A DNA stretch of 64,000 nt from Terriglobia bacterium (GCA_963748015.1 CAVVHE010000004.1:2080001-2144000); one strand, 5' to 3'. Counted from the first letter of the stretch, positions 26,534-36,871 are shown. A program made the numbers and translations. Notes: generated by a model from the letters alone, not told the origin.

Positions 26534-26923
26534 CTTTTTCCGGAGGTGCTTCTCGGGATCGAAGGGGATGAACTCGTCCTCTTCGTCCGGAGGGGTGGTG
26601 TCGGGCGGCGGCGCGGGCCTTCGCTTGACCCAGAGGTCGCCCGAGACGACGCGGGTCTCGTAGAGGTCGAGCGCGGCGCCGGAGCGCCGCCCGCTGTCTC
26701 CCGTGCGCACGTCGAACTTCCAGCCGTGCCAGGCGCAAACGACCTGCCCGGCCTCGAGCGTCCCCTCGGCGAGCGACGCACCCATGTGCGGGCAGGCGTC
26801 GGCGACGACGACGAAGTCCGATCCCTCGCGGAAGACCGCGACCGGCACGCCGTTCACGACGGCCTTGCGCGCCTTGCCCCGCGGGAAGTCCGCGATCCTC
26901 CCGACCCTCACGAAACCATCCAT
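26530..26923 (-). CDS. Rieske [2Fe-2S] ferredoxin-like protein (NirD-like); 3' end uncertain
   Basis: CPHMG...CAWHGWKF; no in-frame stop near the expected end (see findings). Confidence 0.8.
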
Positions 26924-26987
26924 GGGGGCAGAGTATAGACCGCCCGCGTCGGGGCTCCCGGGCGCATCGCGGGGTTATGATGGCAGC

Positions 26988-28343
26988 GTGAGGCTCATCG
27001 CGACGCTCGCCATCGTCCTGGCCGCGGCCTCGATCTCGCCGGCCGCGGGCGCCGCCGCGCGCGGCGGTTCGGATCTCCCTCCGGTGGCCCTGCACCACGA
27101 GCCGCCCTCGATCCCGCCGGAGGCCGCCGGCTCGGGCGCGGCTCCGGCGGTCACCGTGCGCGTACGGATCGACGCGAGGGGCAAGACCCTGTCGGTCGAG
27201 ACGCTCGGCGTCCAGCCCTCCGGCCCCTTCGACGCCGCGTTCGACAGGGTCACCCGCGCGGCGGTTTCGAAGTGGCGATTCGCCCCGGCGCTCCACGACG
27301 GGAAGGCCGTCGAGGCCACTCTCGAATGGACGGTCCAGTTCGCGGCGCTCCCCGAAGACGCGCCGTGGAGCTACGCGGACGCGGAGGACAGCCCGCCGCT
27401 CCCCCGCGCGGCCGAGGAGGGGGCCGTCGCGGCCCGCCGTCGCGCGGCCGAGCTTCCTCCCGCGGAGAGGCGCGCGCTCCGCGAGCGTACGGCGCGGGAC
27501 GCGGAAAGCCACCTCCTGGAGGGACGCCGCACGCGCGCGGTGACCGAGCACTTCGAGGTGATCACCGACTCCCCGGCGACCGGAACGCCGCGGCGGATCG
27601 CGACGCAGCTCGAGGACGCCTTCGCCGCCGCATCGCGCCTCTTCGGCGACGCGATCCCCGAGGAGGTGGCGACGGACAAGATCGTCGTGTACGTGTTCGC
27701 GAAGCACGCGTCGTTCGGGGCGTTCGCGGCGGAGAACCCGCGCTCCCTCGCTTCCGGCGGCGGGGGGTTCTACGATCCCGCGGGGCTGCTGGCGTTCCAC
27801 CTCGAGCTGCGCGGGGGGGATGCGGCCCTGTCGCGCGTCATTCTCGACGAGGCGACGCGCGCCTTCCTCGACGGCCACGTCGCGCGGCCCGGCGTGACGC
27901 TGCCGCTCTGGCTCGAAGAGGGGCTGGCGGAGTACGTGGCGGCCACCGGTGGGACCTCGGGCAAGCCCCCGGGCGGCCCGCAGACGAAGCGCAAGTCGTC
28001 CGCCCGCAAGTCTCCCGCGAAGACGCGCGGCGAGCCGCCGCGGGCCGAAGCGGCGGAAGTGGGAAAGGCGATCCGGGCCGGCGGCGCGATTCCGCTCGAT
28101 CGTCTCCTCGCCGCGAGACCGGAAGATCTCGAAGGCGAGACGGCCCGGCTGTTCCCGGCCCAATCGTGGATGTGGGTCCACTTCCTGCGGCACGGGCAGC
28201 CCGACTGGTCGGCCGGGGCGTTCCCGCGGCTGGTCCTCTACGTCGCGGAAGGCTACTCCGCCGCCGACGTCTTCCCGGCGGTCTACGGGTCGCCTCCGGC
28301 CGGGCTCGCGCCCGCCTTCCGGGAGTACGTGAAGCGATTCTGA
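26988..28343 (+). CDS. Exported protein with TonB C-terminal domain fused to a DUF1570/peptidase-MA-like domain
   Basis: Signal peptide; VTVRVRIDARG...AVSKWRFAPALHDGKAV; TEHFEVITD...GFY...PLWLEEGLAEY...SWMWVHFL. Confidence 0.7.
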   Translation: MRLIATLAIVLAAASISPAAGAAARGGSDLPPVALHHEPPSIPPEAAGSGAAPAVTVRVRIDARGKTLSVETLGVQPSGPFDAAFDRVTRAAVSKWRFAPALHDGKAVEATLEWTVQFAALPEDAPWSYADAEDSPPLPRAAEEGAVAARRRAAELPPAERRALRERTARDAESHLLEGRRTRAVTEHFEVITDSPATGTPRRIATQLEDAFAAASRLFGDAIPEEVATDKIVVYVFAKHASFGAFAAENPRSLASGGGGFYDPAGLLAFHLELRGGDAALSRVILDEATRAFLDGHVARPGVTLPLWLEEGLAEYVAATGGTSGKPPGGPQTKRKSSARKSPAKTRGEPPRAEAAEVGKAIRAGGAIPLDRLLAARPEDLEGETARLFPAQSWMWVHFLRHGQPDWSAGAFPRLVLYVAEGYSAADVFPAVYGSPPAGLAPAFREYVKRF

Positions 28344-28353
28344 GCGGCGCGCG

Positions 28354-29677
28354 CTAACGCGGGGGCTTGGCGAGCTTCATCTCGGCTTCCGCGTCCTCGG
28401 TCCGCCCCATTCGCCGGTAGCAGTCCGAGAGCGACGCGTGCGCCCCGGGAAGATCGGAGCGCAGGGAGAGCGCTCGCTTCAGCGCCGCCACCGCCTCGCC
28501 GCAGCGGTCGAGCTTGATGAGCGACTCGCCGACGTAGAGAAACGACTCCGCGCGGCCGGAGTTCAGCGCGCTCGCGCTTTCGAAAGCCTTGCGGGCCTCG
28601 TCCCACCGCTCGAGCTGGAACGCCGCCACGCCGAGATTGAACCACGCCATCTCGTGATCGGGCGCCGCCGCCACTGCCCGGCGCAGCAGGCCGACCGCGG
28701 CGGACGCGTCGCCCGCGAGCAGGCGCGTCGTTCCCGCCTCGAAGAGGGACTGGGGGTCGGTGATCCTCGCGAATCTCTCGGTCTCGGCGGCCGCCGCGGC
28801 CTTGCGCTCCTCCGGGGTCGCGAAGAGGAGCCGCAGGGCGTCCGCCGCCTCGTCGTGGTCGGGATTCGCCCGCGCGGCCTCGCGAAACGCCGCCTGCGCG
28901 TCGAGATCCCTACCCGCGTCCCACAACGCCCACGCCAGCGCGAGCGAGAGACGGGCCTCGGCCTCCTTTCCGGCCGAGCCCGCCCCGAGCGTCGCGGCCT
29001 CCTGCCTGGCCTCGTCGAACCGTCCGAGCGGCGACGAGCGCCAGGCCGATCTTTTCCGCGAGCGGGGGAGAATCGCCGTAGCGGGAACGTATGCCGCGAT
29101 AGATCTCGAGCGCCTCCTCGCGGCGCCCGAGCTCCTCCGCGATCCGTGCCCGCCTCCACGCGACCGCCGCCGATGGACGGACCGCGTCGAGCCTCGCGAG
29201 GACCGCGCGCTCCGCCTCCCGGTCGGGAAGCCGTGCCAAGACCAGGCCGAGCGCCTCGAGGAGCTCCGGGTCGGACGGAGTCCTGGAGAGCCTCGCCTCG
29301 AGCCCCCTCTTGAGCGCGGCCCGGTCCGACGGCGGAGCCGCGGGGTCCTCGGCGATGCGCACGAGCGGGGAATACGGGATCACGGCGCTCGGGTCGGCCA
29401 GGCGATCGAGAACGAGGGCGCGGGCGCTCCGGAGCTCGCCGGCCTCGAGCTGCGCCCTGTCCGGGTATTCCACGAGGGCCAGCGCGGGGAGGATCTCCTT
29501 CGGGTAGTCCTTCGCCGCCCGCCGCAGCAACTCGAGCTCCCTCGCGGGGTTCCCCTGCTCGGCGGCGATACGCGCCTCGCGCAGCATCCGCACGCAGCCC
29601 GCGGCCGGAAGCTCCGCGGCCGGGATAGCCGCGGGCAGGAACAAGGCGGCCACGAGCAGCGTCGATCCCAGGCGCAC
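28354..29677 (-). CDS. Exported tetratricopeptide-repeat protein; one frameshift near 29030
   Basis: Signal peptide VRLGSTLLVAALFLPAA; TPR motifs AWFNLGVA and SFLYVGESL; frames 28910-30049 and 28354-28926 join at about 29030. Confidence 0.75.
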
Positions 29678-29758
29678 TCGGTCCTCCGGCAATTGGAGAC
29701 GAAGGCCGATTATACGGCGAGACGCTGCGTTAGAATCCACTGCCGCGCGGGGGGGCCC

Positions 29759-30757
29759 ATGGCCGGTTGGAGCGTCGTCCTCTTCAAGATCCTGTCGCTG
29801 CTTCCGGTGATCGGGATCGGCTGGGTCGCCGCGAGGCGCGGCTGGTTCGGCAACGGCGCCGTTTCCGCGATGAGCCGGCTCGCCGTGGACGTCGCGCTTC
29901 CCGCGCTGACGTTCACGCAGCTCGTCCGCACGGTGCCGCGCGAGGCGCTCCTCGAAAACGCGCTGCTTCCCGCCGCGGGGGCGGCGCTGTTCCTGCTGGG
30001 CGCGGGAGCGGGGTGGGCGCTCGCCCCGCTGTTCTCCGGCCGGCTGCAACGGCCGACCTTCGTGTTCCTGGTCGCGCTCGCGAACTCGATCTACCTCCCA
30101 CTTCCCATCGCGCAGGCGCTTTACGGCGGCGAGGGCGTGCGCACCGTTCTCCTTTGCGAGGTCGGGACGCGCGTCGTGCTCTTCACCGTCGGCCTCGCGA
30201 TACTGATCGGGAAGAGGCCGGACGCGAGGGCGCTGCGCGATCTGCTGGTCAACCCCGGCCTGATCGCGGCGCTCTCGGGGATCGCGGCGGCGGTGCTGTT
30301 CCCGGGCCTCCGCGCGCTTGCCGACCTCGACCCGCGCGGTGCCGCCCCGGCGGCGATGGCCGCGAGCGCCCTCTTCCAGGCGCTCGACCTCGTCGGGGCG
30401 CTGACGATCCCGCTCGCGCTGCTCGTCACCGGGGCCAAGCTCGAGGGAGCTTCCCGCGACGGCGCGCTGCTCTCGCGCGAGACCTGGGGCGTCCTCGTCG
30501 CCCGCCTGCTCGCGACGCCCGCCGCCGCCGCCGCGCTCCTCCTCCTCGCGCTGGCCGCGGGCGTCCCGCTCGCCGAGGTCCCGCGCCGAATCATCTTCCT
30601 CGTCGCCTCGATGCCGGTCGCCGTCAACTGCGGCGTCTTCACCGAGCGCTACGGAGGCGACTCCACCCTCGCCGCCCGCTCCACCTTCGCGAGCACCCTG
30701 TTCGGCGTCCTCACCATCCCCCTCCTCTTCTTCGCCGCGCAGCGCCTGGGGCTTTGA
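29759..30757 (+). CDS. AEC (auxin efflux carrier)-family membrane transporter
   Basis: About 10 TM segments, VALPALTF, ANSIYLPLP, VNP, SMPVAV. Confidence 0.85.
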   Translation: MAGWSVVLFKILSLLPVIGIGWVAARRGWFGNGAVSAMSRLAVDVALPALTFTQLVRTVPREALLENALLPAAGAALFLLGAGAGWALAPLFSGRLQRPTFVFLVALANSIYLPLPIAQALYGGEGVRTVLLCEVGTRVVLFTVGLAILIGKRPDARALRDLLVNPGLIAALSGIAAAVLFPGLRALADLDPRGAAPAAMAASALFQALDLVGALTIPLALLVTGAKLEGASRDGALLSRETWGVLVARLLATPAAAAALLLLALAAGVPLAEVPRRIIFLVASMPVAVNCGVFTERYGGDSTLAARSTFASTLFGVLTIPLLFFAAQRLGL

Positions 30758-30790
30758 CCGAATCGGTCGCTCGTGCGCGCGAACTCGACC

Positions 30791-30986
30791 CGCCCCGGCG
30801 ATGGTCCGAGATCATCCCGCGGCGACGATGCCCGAGGCGACGGGGACCCCTGCACGGCCGCGCGAAGGGTCGAGCGCGATGGCGCTAGGGTCCGCGCCAT
30901 CGCGCTTGCTCGACCCTTCGCGCGGCCGATGCGGGTCGTCGCCGAGGGAGGTCGCCGCGGGATGATCTCGGACCATCGCCGGGGCG
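30791..30986. repeat. 196-bp palindromic element (36-bp perfect terminal inverted repeats plus nested inverted repeats); MITE/REP-like
   Basis: 30791-30826 is the exact reverse complement of 30951-30986; internal CGGCCGCGCGAAGGGTCGAGC/GCTCGACCCTTCGCGCGGCCG pair; a 31-bp part recurs at 32098-32128. Confidence 0.75.
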
Positions 30987-31080
30987 TGGCCAGGCGTCAG
31001 CACGAGGCGGACCGCCGGTTGACAACGGTCAAGCGCGACCGGGCGCCCGGATGCGATAATCAATCGAAGGTGCACGCGAG

Positions 31081-32076
31081 ATGGACAGGTACGACAGCCC
31101 GGTGTCGCTGAAGGGGAGCTACTACGCGACGGCGTCGCTCCCGCTGCGGCAGGAGCTCGCCCTAGCGCTGCCGAAGGACGACCTGCGCGGCCTCCACGAG
31201 CGGACGCCGTGGAGGCACTTCGCGTGGACCGGGTGGCAGCTCCTGCTCCTCGCCGGCGCCTCGATCGGCCTGTGGCGGCTCGCGCACCCCGCGGCGTGGA
31301 TCCCGCTCGCGCTCGTGCAGGGATTCACGATCTTCAACTTCACCGTCCTCCTGCACGAGGTGGTCCACGACGCGGTCTTCCGGGAGCGGAACGCGCGCCG
31401 GAACCGCTGGCTCGGCTTCGCGTACGCGGTTCCGAGCGGCATCTCGGCGTCGCAGTTCACGCGGTGGCACCTCGACCATCACGCGGAGCTGGGGTCGGAC
31501 ACCGACGATCCCAAGCGATTCCGGCTCACGCCGAAGCGGAATCGCCGCTGGTACAAGCTGCTCTATTTCACGCCGGCGCTCTTCCCGATCTACTTCCGCG
31601 CGGCCGCGGCGGAGACGGCGGGCTATCCCGCGCCGCTGCGAAGGCGGATCCGGATCGAGCGCTGGGTGGCCATCGCGTTTCATCTCTCCGTGGCGACGGC
31701 GATCGGCCTCGCCGGCGGCCGCGGGCCGCTGCTGCGGGTGTGGGTGATCCCGGTGTTCTTCGTGTTCCCGGTGGCGTTCGTGATCAACCGCCTCGGGCAG
31801 CACTACGACATCGACCCGTCGGATACGGCGAAGTGGAGCACGCTGGTGAAGCCGTCGTGGTTCTGGGACCGCGCGTTCATCTACTCGAACTACCACCTCG
31901 AGCATCACTACTTCCCGCGCGTCCCGCTGTACAACCTCAAGAAGCTCCACCGCCTCCTGCAGCCGTTCTACCGGAAGCACGGCATCGTCCCCCGCACCTA
32001 CGGCGGCCTCCTCTGGGACTATCTCGTGCTCAACCGAAAGCCGCACTCGAACTGGGAGGCCGAGGGCCTCGGCTGA
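31081..32076 (+). CDS. Membrane fatty acid desaturase family protein
   Basis: Three His boxes HEVVH, HLDHH and HLEHH; TM segments. Confidence 0.9.
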   Translation: MDRYDSPVSLKGSYYATASLPLRQELALALPKDDLRGLHERTPWRHFAWTGWQLLLLAGASIGLWRLAHPAAWIPLALVQGFTIFNFTVLLHEVVHDAVFRERNARRNRWLGFAYAVPSGISASQFTRWHLDHHAELGSDTDDPKRFRLTPKRNRRWYKLLYFTPALFPIYFRAAAAETAGYPAPLRRRIRIERWVAIAFHLSVATAIGLAGGRGPLLRVWVIPVFFVFPVAFVINRLGQHYDIDPSDTAKWSTLVKPSWFWDRAFIYSNYHLEHHYFPRVPLYNLKKLHRLLQPFYRKHGIVPRTYGGLLWDYLVLNRKPHSNWEAEGLG

Positions 32077-32130
32077 CCCGTCGGATCCTCCTCGGACCAT
32101 CCCGCGGCGACGATGCCCGAGGCGACGGAC

Positions 32131-33192
32131 TCACTCGAGGATCAAGCCCCCGGGGCGCCCGGTCACGGCGGCGCCGATGCGCCACACGGGCTCGCCGGCC
32201 GCACGGAACGCAGCGAGCACCGCGTCGGCGCGGCCGCCGTCGACGGCGGCGAGGAGGCCGCCCGACGTCTGCGGGTCGAACAGCAGACGGCGCTCCCACT
32301 CCTCGAACGGGCGCAGGTACTCGGTCCACGCGCCGTAATACCCCTCGTTCCGCATCGAGCCGCCGGGGATCATCCCCTCGCGGGCGTACCGCTCGGCGCC
32401 GGGGAGCAGCGGGACGTCCTTGAAGACCAGCCGGAGCGCGACGCCCGACTGCTCGGCGACCTCGTGGGCGTGGCCCGCGAGCGCGAACCCGGTCACGTCG
32501 GTCAGCGCGTGGACGGCGCTTCCCTCGTCGCGGAGGATCCGCATCGCGCCTCTCGAGAGCCGCTCCATGCCGGCGATCGCGGCGTCGAGGTCGGCGTCGT
32601 CCACCGCCTCGCGCTTGTGGGCCGTGGTGACCACGCCGGTCCCGACCGGCTTGGTGAGCAAGAGGACGTCGCCCGGCCGCGCGCCGCCCTTGGTCAGGAT
32701 GCGGCCGGGGTGCACGAAGCCGGTCACGGCAAGGCCGTACTTGGGCTCCGCGTCCACGGTGCTGTGCCCGCCGGCGACGACCGCGCCCGCCTCGCGCACC
32801 TTCTCGCCTCCGCCGCGCAGGACCTCGGCGAGCACCGACGGATCCAGGTCGTCCGGGAACGCGACCAGGTTGATCGCGAACTTCGGCTCGGCGCCCATCG
32901 CGTAGAGGTCGGACATCGCGTTGGCCGCGGCGATCGCGCCGAAATGGTAGGGATCGTCCACGACCGGCGGAAAGAAGTCCGCCGTCTGGACGATCGCGCG
33001 CTCGTCGTCGATCCGCCAGACGAGGGCGTCGTCGAGCTCCTTGAGCCCCCGGAGCAGCTCCGGGTGGCTGTCGGCGTCGAACATCCCGGCGAGCGGGCGC
33101 AGCACCTGCGCCAGGGCCTCCGGCCCCATCTTGCTCGCTCAGCCGGCGCAGGACGCCAACGTCGTCAGCCGGATCCGGTGCGCTTGCGACAT
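32131..33192 (-). CDS. selD: Selenide, water dikinase with in-frame UGA (selenocysteine)
   Basis: MSQAHRIRLTTLASCAG-UGA-ASKMGP continues in frame into DDA, QTADFFPPVVDDP, ANAMSDLYAMG, GGHS, TDVTGF, DPQTSGGLL. Confidence 0.93.
33114..33126 (-). promoter_or_regulatory. Candidate bacterial SECIS apical hairpin GGGCC-GGA-GGCCC
   Basis: Stem-loop starts about 12 nt after the UGA at 33139-33141; the loop begins with G. Confidence 0.55.
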
Positions 33193-33239
33193 CTGCCGCG
33201 CTCCTCCCGCCCGTAGCCTAGGCGATCCGCGCGCCCGAC

Positions 33240-33839
33240 TCAACGCAAGGCGTCGGCGACGCGGTCCCAGGCGACGAGGGTCCACCAGGCGTCGACGTAG
33301 TCGGCGCGCCGGTTCTGGTACTTGAGGTAGTAGGCGTGCTCCCACACGTCGACGACCAGGAGCGACTTTCCGCCGGTCATCTCGGGGCAGTCGTGCCCCG
33401 GCGTGCCCGCCACCTGGAGCTTGCCGTCCTTGAGGTACAGCCACGCCCAGCCCGAGCCGAACTGGCCGATCGCGGCCTGCGTGAGCTTCGCCTTGAAGTC
33501 GGCGAAGGAGCCGAACGCCGAGGCGATCGCGGTCCCGAGCTCTCCCGCGGGCTGGCCGCCTCCGCCCGTCTTCATCGTTCGCCAGTACAGGTTGTGGGCG
33601 AAGTGGCCGCCGCCGTTGTTCCGGACGGTCGCGCGGATCCCTTCCGGCACCCGGGCGAGGTCCGAGATCAGCTCGACCAGCGAGAGCTCTTGCAGGGCGG
33701 GATGCGGCTCGAGTGCCTTGTTCAGGTTGTTGACGTAGGCGGCGTGATGCTTGTCGTGGTGGATCTCGAGCGTCCTGGCGTCGAGGACCGGCTCGAGCGC
33801 GTCGAAGGGATAGGGGAGCGGGTCGAGGACGTGTGCCAT
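33240..33839 (-). CDS. sodA: Fe/Mn superoxide dismutase, paralog 2
   Basis: [32 protein letters not shown]. Confidence 0.93.
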   Translation of the reverse strand: MAHVLDPLPYPFDALEPVLDARTLEIHHDKHHAAYVNNLNKALEPHPALQELSLVELISDLARVPEGIRATVRNNGGGHFAHNLYWRTMKTGGGGQPAGELGTAIASAFGSFADFKAKLTQAAIGQFGSGWAWLYLKDGKLQVAGTPGHDCPEMTGGKSLLVVDVWEHAYYLKYQNRRADYVDAWWTLVAWDRVADALR

Positions 33840-33903
33840 GTCGGGAACCTCCTTGATGCGAACGTTCCTCTCGAGGTTCCCGGATTGTATCTCAGAGTCG
33901 TCG

Positions 33904-34083
33904 TCAGGCAGGGACGATCGGCGGATCGAACCCGTCGCGCCGCTCCTTCTCGAGCTCCTTGAGAAGGTTGTCGACCGTGCGCTCGAGAAGGGCCTGGACG
34001 TCCAGCCCTTCGCGCTCCGCCGCCTCCTGGAAGGCGCGGTACGCCTCGTCGGGGATCTCGACACAGATCCGGACCTTCGACAT
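33904..34083 (-). CDS. Small hypothetical protein, possibly ribbon-helix-helix fold
   Basis: 59-aa ORF KVRICVEIPDEAYRAFQEAAERE with a GGAGG RBS, co-oriented within the operon. Confidence 0.6.
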   Translation of the reverse strand: MSKVRICVEIPDEAYRAFQEAAEREGLDVQALLERTVDNLLKELEKERRDGFDPPIVPA

Positions 34084-34113
34084 CGGCACCTCCCCGCGGC
34101 GGCCAACGACGCT

Positions 34114-34506
34114 CTAGGCCGCCGGCACCCCCTTGAAGCCGTAGCAGAGGATCCCGCCGTGGCCTTCCTTTCGGATCTTCCGGAAGACCAGCGTGACCTC
34201 CATGCCGGGGAGAACGGTCGCGGGATCGCAGTCCACGACCTGCGCCGTCAGGCGCGCTCCCTCCGGGGTCTCGATGACCGCCATCGCGTAGGGCGACTCC
34301 ATCTGGAATTCGGTCGGGGGGATCTCCACGACGGTGGACGTGACGACCTTCCCCTTCCAGGACAGGGTGATCGCTTCCCACGCCTTCCCGCGGCACGTGG
34401 GACAGACCCGCCGGGGCGGGAACGCGACCTTGCCGCAGCCGCGGCAGCGGGCCGCCTCGAGGCGGAAGCGGTTCGGGACCTCTCTCCAGTATCTCGGGCT
34501 CGGCAT
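34114..34506 (-). CDS. DUF35 Zn-ribbon/OB-fold protein
   Basis: CRGC...CPTC, PYAMAVIE, RLTAQVVD, FRKI...GILCYGFK. Confidence 0.9.
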   Translation of the reverse strand: MPSPRYWREVPNRFRLEAARCRGCGKVAFPPRRVCPTCRGKAWEAITLSWKGKVVTSTVVEIPPTEFQMESPYAMAVIETPEGARLTAQVVDCDPATVLPGMEVTLVFRKIRKEGHGGILCYGFKGVPAA

Positions 34507-34508
34507 GG

Positions 34509-35657
34509 TCAGACCCTCTCGAGAACGTGGACCACGGAGCTGGCTCCGGAGCCTCCCATGTTCTGGGCCAGGCCGATCCGCGCACCGCGGACCTGGCGCT
34601 CGCCCGCATCCCCGCGCAACTGCTCGAAGATCTCGATCGCCTGCGCGATCCCGGTGGCGCCCACCGGGTGCCCCTTCGACTTGAGCCCGCCGCTGGTGTT
34701 CACCGGGATCTTCCCGCCGAGGCCGGTGACGCCGGTTCGGGCCGCGTGGCGCCCCTCCCCTCTCGGGACGAAGCCGAGCGCCTCGATGCAGCAGATCTCC
34801 GCGATCGCGAAGCAGTCGTGCACCTCGGCGACCTGCACGTCCTTGGGGCCGATCCCGGCCATCTTGTACGCGCGCTCGGCCGACAGCGCGACCGAGTCGA
34901 GGAACGCGGGGTCCTTCCGGTCCGCGAGCGCCATCGAGCTGGTCGCGAAGCCGACGCCGCGGATCTTCACCGGGCGGTCGGTGTACTTCTTCGCTTGGTC
35001 GAGCGGGCAGAGCAGCACGGCCGCAGCGCCGTCGCTCACCGGCGAGCAGAGAAGGAGCCGCAGCGGCTCGGACACCATCGAGGACTTCATCACCTCTTCC
35101 AGCTTGACCTCGCGCCGGAACTGCGCTTTCGGGTTCTTCGCGCCGTGGAGGTGGTTCTTCACCGCCACCCACGCGAGGTCCTCGTCCGTCGTCCCGTGCG
35201 CCTGCATGTGGGCGCGGGCGATCATCGCGTAGAGGCCGGGGAAGGTGATCCCGTGATACGCCTCGGTCTCCTGGTCGGCGGCGGTCGCGAGCACCGCCGT
35301 GACGTCGGCGCCGTCGGTCATCTTCTCGACGCCCGTCGCGAGGACGAGGTCGCTCGCCCCCGAGGCGACCTCGAGGAACGCCGACCGCAGCGCGACGCCG
35401 CCGGAGGCGCAGGCGCACTCGACCCTCGTGGCCGCGACCCCCGCCATCCCGAGGTGGTCGGCCATCAGCGGGCCGAGGTGCTCCTGGCCGACGAACTGCC
35501 CCGCCGCCATGTTGCCGACGTAGATCGAGTCGATCCGGTCGACCTTCGCGTTCTCGAGAGCCTCCGTCGCGGCCTCGACGAAGAGGTCGCGCAGGCTCGA
35601 TTCCCACAACTCGCCGAACCGGGTCATCCCGGCCGATACGATCGCCACCTCGCGCAT
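34509..35657 (-). CDS. Acetoacetyl-CoA thiolase (archaeal/SCP-x type)
   Basis: [43 protein letters not shown]. Confidence 0.92.
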   Translation of the reverse strand: MREVAIVSAGMTRFGELWESSLRDLFVEAATEALENAKVDRIDSIYVGNMAAGQFVGQEHLGPLMADHLGMAGVAATRVECACASGGVALRSAFLEVASGASDLVLATGVEKMTDGADVTAVLATAADQETEAYHGITFPGLYAMIARAHMQAHGTTDEDLAWVAVKNHLHGAKNPKAQFRREVKLEEVMKSSMVSEPLRLLLCSPVSDGAAAVLLCPLDQAKKYTDRPVKIRGVGFATSSMALADRKDPAFLDSVALSAERAYKMAGIGPKDVQVAEVHDCFAIAEICCIEALGFVPRGEGRHAARTGVTGLGGKIPVNTSGGLKSKGHPVGATGIAQAIEIFEQLRGDAGERQVRGARIGLAQNMGGSGASSVVHVLERV

Positions 35658-35673
35658 CGCGCTCCCTCCCCCG

Positions 35674-36720
35674 TCAGTCGTTGAGGATGATCTTCTCGCG
35701 GAACTTCGCGTACTCGCCGTAGGTCAGGTACCGCCGCGACCCGTCGAGCATGGACCGCACGGTCGCCGCGCGCCCCTGCCGCTCGGGCAGGAGGCCGGTC
35801 GCCTTGAGCACGAACGAGTCGCTGCCGGCGCCCGACCCGAACGAGGTGATCAGGATGAGATCCCCGGGAGCCGCCACGTCGAGAACGGCCGCGAGCCCCG
35901 TGGGCGACGAGCCGGAGTAGGTGTTCCCCATGGTGTTGACGATCCACCCGGTGTCGAGCTGCTCCTTCTTGAAGCCGAGCTCCTTCCCCGCCTGGAGCGG
36001 GAACTTCCCGTTCGGCATGTGGAAGACCGCGTAGCGGAAGTCGGACGGCTTGTAACCCGTCTTCGCGAGGATCCCGCGCGTCGCGCTGAGCACGTGCTTG
36101 AAGTACGCGGGCTCGCCGGTGAACCGGCCGCCGTGGCGCGGGTAGAACTGCCCCTCGCGGCGCCAGAAGTCGGGGGTGTCGGTCGTGTAGCTGTAGGTTT
36201 CGAGCACGTCGACCAGGACGTCGTTCTTCCCGAAGATGTAGGCCGCGCCGCCGGCCGACGCGGAGAACTCGAGCGCGTCGTTCGGCGCGCCCTGCGAGGT
36301 GTCGGCGCCGATTCCCATCGCGTACTCGACCCGGCCCGACTCGACGAGCCCGAGCGCGACGAACATCGCCTCGGTCCCCGCCTTGCACGCGAACTCGAAG
36401 TCGGCGACGTGAACCTCGGGCGCGATGCCGAGCGCCTCGATCACCACCGTGCCGCTCGGCTTCACCGCGTACGGATGCGACTCCGACCCGATGTAGAGCG
36501 CGCCGATCTTCTGGGGATCGATCCCGGCGCGGGCGAGCGCTCCACGGCCCGCGGCGACCGAGATCGTGATCGTGTCCTCGTCGAGTCCGGGAACCGACTT
36601 CTCCTCGAGGAGAAGCCCCCTTCGGATCCCGGCGGGATCCCTGCCCCATTGCCGCGCGATCTCCTCGGCCTTGATCCGGTTGCGCGGAATGTATGCGCCG
36701 TACCCCACGATACCCGCCAT
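35674..36720 (-). CDS. Hydroxymethylglutaryl-CoA synthase, archaeal type
   Basis: [63 protein letters not shown]. Confidence 0.92.
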   Translation of the reverse strand: MAGIVGYGAYIPRNRIKAEEIARQWGRDPAGIRRGLLLEEKSVPGLDEDTITISVAAGRGALARAGIDPQKIGALYIGSESHPYAVKPSGTVVIEALGIAPEVHVADFEFACKAGTEAMFVALGLVESGRVEYAMGIGADTSQGAPNDALEFSASAGGAAYIFGKNDVLVDVLETYSYTTDTPDFWRREGQFYPRHGGRFTGEPAYFKHVLSATRGILAKTGYKPSDFRYAVFHMPNGKFPLQAGKELGFKKEQLDTGWIVNTMGNTYSGSSPTGLAAVLDVAAPGDLILITSFGSGAGSDSFVLKATGLLPERQGRAATVRSMLDGSRRYLTYGEYAKFREKIILND

Positions 36721-36825
36721 GGCTCCTCCTCACGGGGAAAGAAACGGCCCGTCTCGAACCGGCGAAGCCTAACAGATACCGCCGATCGAAGGGAATGGCA
36801 ACGGCGCGTTTTGTGGAGGGCGCGG

Positions 36826-36865
36826 GCGGAGGGACGGCAACCGTTGCCGGTTGCCGTCCCTCCGC
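36826..36865 (-). terminator. 17-bp-stem hairpin after SOD paralog 1 (no clear U-tract)
   Basis: GCGGAGGGACGGCAACC-N6-GGTTGCCGTCCCTCCGC. Confidence 0.5.
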
Positions 36866-36871
36866 GGGGGG

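Noticed and set aside
32131..33129. selD as a truncated gene or pseudogene starting at MGPEAL
   Set aside because: The upstream in-frame sequence encodes the conserved N-terminus, and the UGA falls on the catalytic Cys/Sec position.
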